A stretch of DNA of 64,000 nucleotides from positions 6,979-70,978 of the forward strand of contig JAMLHH010000010.1 of NCBI GenBank assembly GCA_023957215.1. Direction: 5' to 3'. Shown one piece after another: positions 59,297-64,000 of this stretch. This DNA is from Chitinophagales bacterium. GTDB lineage: Bacteria; Bacteroidota; Bacteroidia; Chitinophagales; JADIYW01. The translations under genes were made by a program, and so were the position numbers. Each line of letters opens with the position of its first letter. Within the stretch, counting starts at the first letter, position 1. Below the pieces are notes generated by a model. The model worked only from the letters and a program-made list of their open reading frames with translations. It ran no database searches and was not told the origin of the DNA.

Positions 59297-60436
59297 ATGG
59301 ATTTGCCTTTTATACTCATTGTAATTGTAATTCTATCTCTAGTTTTTGATTTTATCAATGGATTTCATGATTCAGCTAATTCTATTGCTACAGTCGTTTC
59401 CACAAAGACTTTGACTCCACTTCAGGCTGTTGTTTGGGCTGCTTTTTGGAACTTTATAGCCTTTTTTGTTGCGGCATATATTATCGGAGAGTTTAGAATA
59501 GGTAATACCATAGCTGAAATTGTTTTTCAAGATTTTATTACTTTAGAAGTTATTTTTTCAGGTATTGTAGCTGCTATTGTGTGGAATCTATTTACATGGT
59601 GGTTTGGAATTCCATCTTCTTCATCCCATACCTTAATTGGAGGATTTATGGGTGCAGCTTTGGTACACGCTATGATGCTTAACTATAATAGCTTTAAAGA
59701 GTTAATGCCGGAGGTGGGGGCTATCAGTTTGTTATGGATAAGTATCAATAAGCTTTTTACCCTTGAAGTGATTAATCTCCATAAGGTCGTGCCGGTATTT
59801 TTATTTATTTTCTCGGCTCCTTTTATTGGAGCATGGGTAGCTATCATCATAAATACACTAATTCTTCATTTATTTAAAAATACCAACCCTCACAAAGCTG
59901 AGAAGATTTTTAAACGATTACAGCTTTTTTCTTCAGGCTTGTTTAGCCTTGGACATGGTCTAAATGATGCGCAAAAAGTGATGGGTATCATTGGGGCTGC
60001 TGTGATTTATTATCATGTTCAAATGCTTCAAGATCCTGTTTATACAGGATTAAATGAGTCTGAACAATTTGGCTATTTTACACAACATTATATATGGGTG
60101 CCTTTTACTTCCTTTTTAGTAATAGGCTTAGGAACATTGGCTGGTGGTTCTAAGATTATTAAAACCATGGGAACTAAGATTACTAAGGTTACATCTTTAG
60201 AGGGAGTGAGTGCAGAGACAGCAGGTGCGGCAACATTATTTCTAACAGATCATCTTGGAATACCTGTATCAACCACTCATACTATTACAGGTTCTATTAT
60301 AGGAGTTGGATTGACTAAAAGAGTTTCTGCCGTCCGTTGGGGAGTTACCGTAAGTCTAGTATGGGCGTGGGTACTGACAATACCTATAAGTGCAATGATT
60401 GCTGGGGGTGTTTATCTGGTTTTTTCTTACATTTAA
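59297..60436 (+). CDS. Inorganic phosphate transporter, PiT family
   Basis: 379 aa. NGFHDSANSIATVV and the repeated GLNDAQK / STTHTITGSIIGVG signatures. Confidence 0.9.
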   Translation: MDLPFILIVIVILSLVFDFINGFHDSANSIATVVSTKTLTPLQAVVWAAFWNFIAFFVAAYIIGEFRIGNTIAEIVFQDFITLEVIFSGIVAAIVWNLFTWWFGIPSSSSHTLIGGFMGAALVHAMMLNYNSFKELMPEVGAISLLWISINKLFTLEVINLHKVVPVFLFIFSAPFIGAWVAIIINTLILHLFKNTNPHKAEKIFKRLQLFSSGLFSLGHGLNDAQKVMGIIGAAVIYYHVQMLQDPVYTGLNESEQFGYFTQHYIWVPFTSFLVIGLGTLAGGSKIIKTMGTKITKVTSLEGVSAETAGAATLFLTDHLGIPVSTTHTITGSIIGVGLTKRVSAVRWGVTVSLVWAWVLTIPISAMIAGGVYLVFSYI

Positions 60437-60445
60437 TTAGCTGAA

Positions 60446-61396
60446 ATGATAATTTGGTTAGTCTTTATAATAGTAATACTATTTGCTTTGGCTCTAGATT
60501 TAGGTGTTTTTAATCGAAATCCGCATGAGATTAAAACTAAGGAAGCTGCAGTATGGACAGGAGTTTGGGTGACACTGGCATCACTTTTTTCTATTGTTAT
60601 TTATTTTGCATTTAAAAATGAATGGATAGAAAACCCCACTCAATTGACTCCTACTAATGCAATGTTAAAATATATCACAGGATACTTAATTGAATTATCA
60701 TTAAGTGTTGATAATATCTTTATTATAGCTCTTATATTTTCTTCTTTTGCTATTCCTAAAAAATATCAACATGAGGTGCTTTTCTATGGTGTGTTAGGTG
60801 CTATTGTTTTCAGAGCTATTATGATAGTTTTTGGAGTTGCATTGATTACTAAATTTAGTTGGATGATATATGTTTTCGGGATATTTTTAATCTTGACAGC
60901 TCTTAAAATGTTATTGTCACATAACGATGAGAAAGATCCCCGAAAATCAAAGATTTATCACTGGATAAAGAAGGTGTATCCAGTTACAAATGAAGTTGAA
61001 AATGAAAAGTTTTTTATCACAAAAAATGGAATTAGGCATGCCACACCTTTATTTGTAGCCTTAATTATTATAGAATTGACGGATGTGTTTTTTGCTATAG
61101 ATAGTATTCCTGCAATTTTAGCTGTGACTACTGATCCATTTATTGTCTTTAGTTCTAATATATTAGCAATTATGGGATTGAGGTCTATGTTTTTTCTGAT
61201 AGTAGGGATGTTGGATAAGTTTAAATATATCAGTTATAGCTTGATTGTAATATTAGCATTTGTAGGAATAAAAATGATAATTTCACATCAGATTGATATT
61301 CCTGAATGGCTCTCTCTTGGTGTGATTGTGGTTTCACTTGCAATCGGAATGTTGATATCCGTCCTTAAAAAGTCTGAAAATGGTTTGCCGACTTGA
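60446..61396 (+). CDS. TerC-family integral membrane protein
   Basis: 316 aa. ELSLSVDNIF and DSIPAILAVT motifs. The last ~6 codons and the stop lie inside the HMA-derived repeat. Confidence 0.85.
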   Translation: MIIWLVFIIVILFALALDLGVFNRNPHEIKTKEAAVWTGVWVTLASLFSIVIYFAFKNEWIENPTQLTPTNAMLKYITGYLIELSLSVDNIFIIALIFSSFAIPKKYQHEVLFYGVLGAIVFRAIMIVFGVALITKFSWMIYVFGIFLILTALKMLLSHNDEKDPRKSKIYHWIKKVYPVTNEVENEKFFITKNGIRHATPLFVALIIIELTDVFFAIDSIPAILAVTTDPFIVFSSNILAIMGLRSMFFLIVGMLDKFKYISYSLIVILAFVGIKMIISHQIDIPEWLSLGVIVVSLAIGMLISVLKKSENGLPT

Positions 61397-61497
61397 GTGT
61401 TAATCCTCAAGCTGTTACAGTGCAAGGTAAAAACTTAAAAGCTTAAGAAATTATGGCTATCATAGAGAAAGCCGGATTTAAGGCTGAATTGGCATAA
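61377..61497 (+). pseudogene. 3' fragment of an HMA-domain gene with an internal stop
   Basis: Aligns without gaps to 57233-57353, at about 82% identity by my count. It translates to WFADLSVNPQAVTVQGKNLKA*EIMAIIEKAGFKAELA*. No CxxC-bearing 5' half is present. Confidence 0.75.
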
Positions 61498-61613
61498 AGT
61501 GGATTTTGTTGGATAAAGTCTAATCAATACTGAATGCGTATTTAATTTAGATTTAATTCAAAACCCATCAAAAATAAAAGCTTTTCATAATAGATTACTT
61601 AGTTTTGTACTCT

Positions 61614-62471
61614 ATGGGAAAACTGAAATTAGCTATCCAGAAAAAAGGGAGATTAAGCGAGAAATCTATTGAACTCATAAACGAATGTGATATTAGCTTT
61701 CCAAGTGGAAACGGGCGATTGACCAGTAAGGCTTATGATTTTCCGATAGAAATCCTTTTTTTAAGAGATGATGATATTCCCGGATATATAGAAGATGGTG
61801 TTGCAGATATCGGAATCGTGGGAGAAAACGTTTTGGTGGAATCTGCGAAAAAAGTGGATGTCATCACTCAACTTGGTTTTAGCAGATGTCGATTGTCTAT
61901 CGCTATTCCTAGAGGTGAAACTTATCGCAGTGTAAAAGATTTAGATGGAAAATCCATCGCTACTTCTTATCCCAGACTTTTGAGTAAGTATTTGGAAGAG
62001 AATCATATCCAAGCACAGATACACGAAATCAGTGGTTCCGTAGAAATTGCACCTAACATCGGTTTGGCAGATGCGATTTGTGATATTGTCAGTACAGGAA
62101 GTACTTTGCTGAGTAATGGACTGAAAGAGGTAGAAGAGATTTTTAACTCTCAAGCAGTTCTAATTAGTTATCCTCATTTGTCAAATGAGAAAAGAGAAAT
62201 TCTAGACAAATTGATGTTTAGATTAACTTCTGTCAGGAAAGCTAAAAAGACAAAATATATTTTGCTCAATGCACCGAACGAAAGTTTGGATAAAATTATT
62301 TCTCTACTTCCGGGTATCAATAGTCCCACCGTACAATCTCTTGCGAAAGAAGGTTGGAGTTCGGTACATTCTGTGATTAACGAGCATGATTTTTGGGAAA
62401 AAATCGAACAAATCAAAGCTGCCGGTGCAGAAGGTATTTTGATTATGCCGATAGAAAAACTAATCTACTAA
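61614..62471 (+). CDS. hisG: ATP phosphoribosyltransferase (long form)
   Basis: LKLAIQKKGRLSE..., DIVSTGSTL, and a C-terminal regulatory domain. ATG at 61614. Confidence 0.9.
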   Translation: MGKLKLAIQKKGRLSEKSIELINECDISFPSGNGRLTSKAYDFPIEILFLRDDDIPGYIEDGVADIGIVGENVLVESAKKVDVITQLGFSRCRLSIAIPRGETYRSVKDLDGKSIATSYPRLLSKYLEENHIQAQIHEISGSVEIAPNIGLADAICDIVSTGSTLLSNGLKEVEEIFNSQAVLISYPHLSNEKREILDKLMFRLTSVRKAKKTKYILLNAPNESLDKIISLLPGINSPTVQSLAKEGWSSVHSVINEHDFWEKIEQIKAAGAEGILIMPIEKLIY

Positions 62472-62475
62472 TTCC

Positions 62476-63756
62476 ATGAAAAAAGTAGAATTCCCTGATC
62501 AATCTGTGTGGCCATCTCTTTTGGCTCGTCCTGTGTTATCATTAGAAGAGATAGATAAAAGAGTCGCACCCATCATGAATGAAGTGAAAGAGAAAGGTGA
62601 TGAAGCCTTGAAAACTTTTGCTGAAAAGTTTGATGGTGTCAAGTTAGATGTAATTGAACTTAGCCTGACAGAATGGGAAGAAGTTGATGACTTATTAGAC
62701 GAAGAACTCAAATCTGCTATTCACTTAGCAGCACAAAATATTAAGAAATTTCATAGCTCACAGTTGATACAAGAGCCTGTTGTAGAAACGATGCCCGGTG
62801 TCAAATGTTGGAGGAAATCGGTAGCTATAGAGAAAATAGGTTTGTATATACCGGGTGGTACTGCACCTTTATTTTCTACTGTTTTGATGTTGGCTATTCC
62901 TGCAAACTTAGTAGGATGTAAGGAAATTGTTTTGTGTTCACCACCGAATAAGTCAGGTAAAATACATCCGGCGATTATTTATGCTGCAAAACTTACAGGA
63001 GTTCATAAGATATTTAAAGCGGGTGGGGCACAGGCTGTCGCTGCGATGACCTTTGGTACTGAAACGATATCTAAAGTATATAAGATTTTCGGGCCGGGAA
63101 ATCAATATGTGATGGCTGCCAAACAATTGGCCTTAAAGCACAATGTAGCTATTGATATGCCTGCCGGTCCTTCGGAAGTAGCTGTGATTGCTGATCAGAC
63201 TGCAAATCCGGCTTATATAGCAGCAGATTTGTTGTCACAAGCTGAGCATGGTAAAGACAGTCAAGTGATACTTTTTACTGACTCACGTGAAATATTAAAC
63301 CAAGTAGAAAAAGAAATCAATCAACAGTTAGAGCGACTTCCAAGAAAAGAGTATGCCGCTATGTCTTTGGGTAATAGCAGATTGATATTAGTAGAAGATT
63401 TGGAACAGGCAATGGAAATGAGCAATGCTTATGCACCCGAACACTTGATTCTCGCAGTGGAAAACCCTGAATTTTTAGCAGAAAAAGTAATCAATGCAGG
63501 TTCTGTATTTTTAGGCAATCTCTCTTGTGAATCTTTGGGTGATTATGCTTCCGGTACGAATCACACATTACCGACTAATGGATATGCGACGGCTTATAGT
63601 GGTGTCTCAATAGACACTTTTATCAAAAAGATTACTTTCCAAAAAGTAACAGAGGAAGGCCTCAGAAATATTGGAAAAGCTGTGGAAATCATGGCAGGTG
63701 CAGAGGAGTTAGATGCTCACAAAAATGCTGTTTCCATTCGTTTAAAAAACTTGTAA
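62476..63756 (+). CDS. hisD: Histidinol dehydrogenase
   Basis: 426 aa. IDMPAGPSEV, SQAEHG, APEHL, GDYASGTNHTLPT. Confidence 0.92.
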   Translation: MKKVEFPDQSVWPSLLARPVLSLEEIDKRVAPIMNEVKEKGDEALKTFAEKFDGVKLDVIELSLTEWEEVDDLLDEELKSAIHLAAQNIKKFHSSQLIQEPVVETMPGVKCWRKSVAIEKIGLYIPGGTAPLFSTVLMLAIPANLVGCKEIVLCSPPNKSGKIHPAIIYAAKLTGVHKIFKAGGAQAVAAMTFGTETISKVYKIFGPGNQYVMAAKQLALKHNVAIDMPAGPSEVAVIADQTANPAYIAADLLSQAEHGKDSQVILFTDSREILNQVEKEINQQLERLPRKEYAAMSLGNSRLILVEDLEQAMEMSNAYAPEHLILAVENPEFLAEKVINAGSVFLGNLSCESLGDYASGTNHTLPTNGYATAYSGVSIDTFIKKITFQKVTEEGLRNIGKAVEIMAGAEELDAHKNAVSIRLKNL

Positions 63757-63767
63757 AAATAAAGAAG

Positions 63768-64000
63768 ATGAAGATAGATGTCCGCCAATTGTTGCGTCCA
63801 CACTTGAGAAGTTTTAAAGCATATTCATCTGCCAGAACAGAATATACAGGTCATAATGCCATCTTTTTGGATGCGAATGAAAATTCTTTTGGTTCGGCTT
63901 CCGGTGAAGATTTAAACAGATATCCGGATCCACTCCAAAAACAAGTCAAACACGCACTGTATAGAATAAAAGGTATTCCACCTGAAAATATTTTTGTCGG
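63768..64000 (+). CDS. hisC: Histidinol-phosphate aminotransferase (N-terminal part; runs off the window end)
   Basis: My translation is MKIDVRQLLRPHLRSFKAYSSARTEY...LDANENSFG...LNRYPDP, a typical HisC N-terminus. It follows hisD. Confidence 0.85.
   Translation, partial: MKIDVRQLLRPHLRSFKAYSSARTEYTGHNAIFLDANENSFGSASGEDLNRYPDPLQKQVKHALYRIKGIPPENIFV

Noticed and set aside
61498-61613. Looked for a his-operon leader peptide or attenuator upstream of hisG.
   Set aside because: There is no His-codon-rich mini-ORF and no alternative hairpins. Only a TAGTTTTG box (61600-61607) lies very close to the start codon.

Overview
This 64-kb window looks like a chromosomal segment of an AT-rich Bacteroidota genome (Flavobacteriia/Cytophagia-like). 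Supporting signs are a gldA-gldF-gldG gliding-motility ABC transporter, CarboxypepD_reg-type TonB-dependent/OMP_b-brl_3 outer-membrane proteins, TAnnTTTG -7 promoter boxes, and a mevalonate-pathway operon with a GYDIA-type GHMP kinase. I saw no rRNA, tRNA, CRISPR array, transposase or integrase.

Most of the window is housekeeping:
- PurM-like AIR synthase, pyrF, and Mrp/NifU Fe-S carriers
- LemA-TPM-TPM module
- rfbD-like and GT2 genes, and recQ with two glycosyltransferases
- psd, pdxA, pepA, rsmA, ptrB
- DEAD-box helicase plus a CSD protein
- DUF47-PiT, TerC, and hisGDC

I did not find a clear, complete new multi-gene system. What stands out are signs of rearrangement and decay, plus structured non-coding DNA:
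1. A diverged 121-bp direct repeat brackets a ~4-kb TetR/DUF47-PiT/TerC block. One copy is the 3' half of an intact HMA gene; the other is a stop-containing HMA fragment. The TerC stop codon lies inside the repeat.
2. An orphan 3' fragment of the essential GTPase gene obg sits next to an AAA/DUF4143 ATPase.
3. A low-GC module encodes an atypical TonB-C protein, a GYF_2 membrane protein and an XRE regulator. It is bounded by a perfect 32-bp palindrome on one side. On the other side is a pair of GC-rich, mutually inverted 10-bp-stem hairpins with compensatory substitutions, followed by a terminator-like hairpin (REPIN-like element or sRNA candidate).
4. A high-molecular-weight FabG-like gene is broken by two +1 frameshifts 46 nt apart.
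5. A collinear ~200-300-bp intergenic repeat family occurs three times.

All calls come from reading the sequence and ORF translations. No database search was run.
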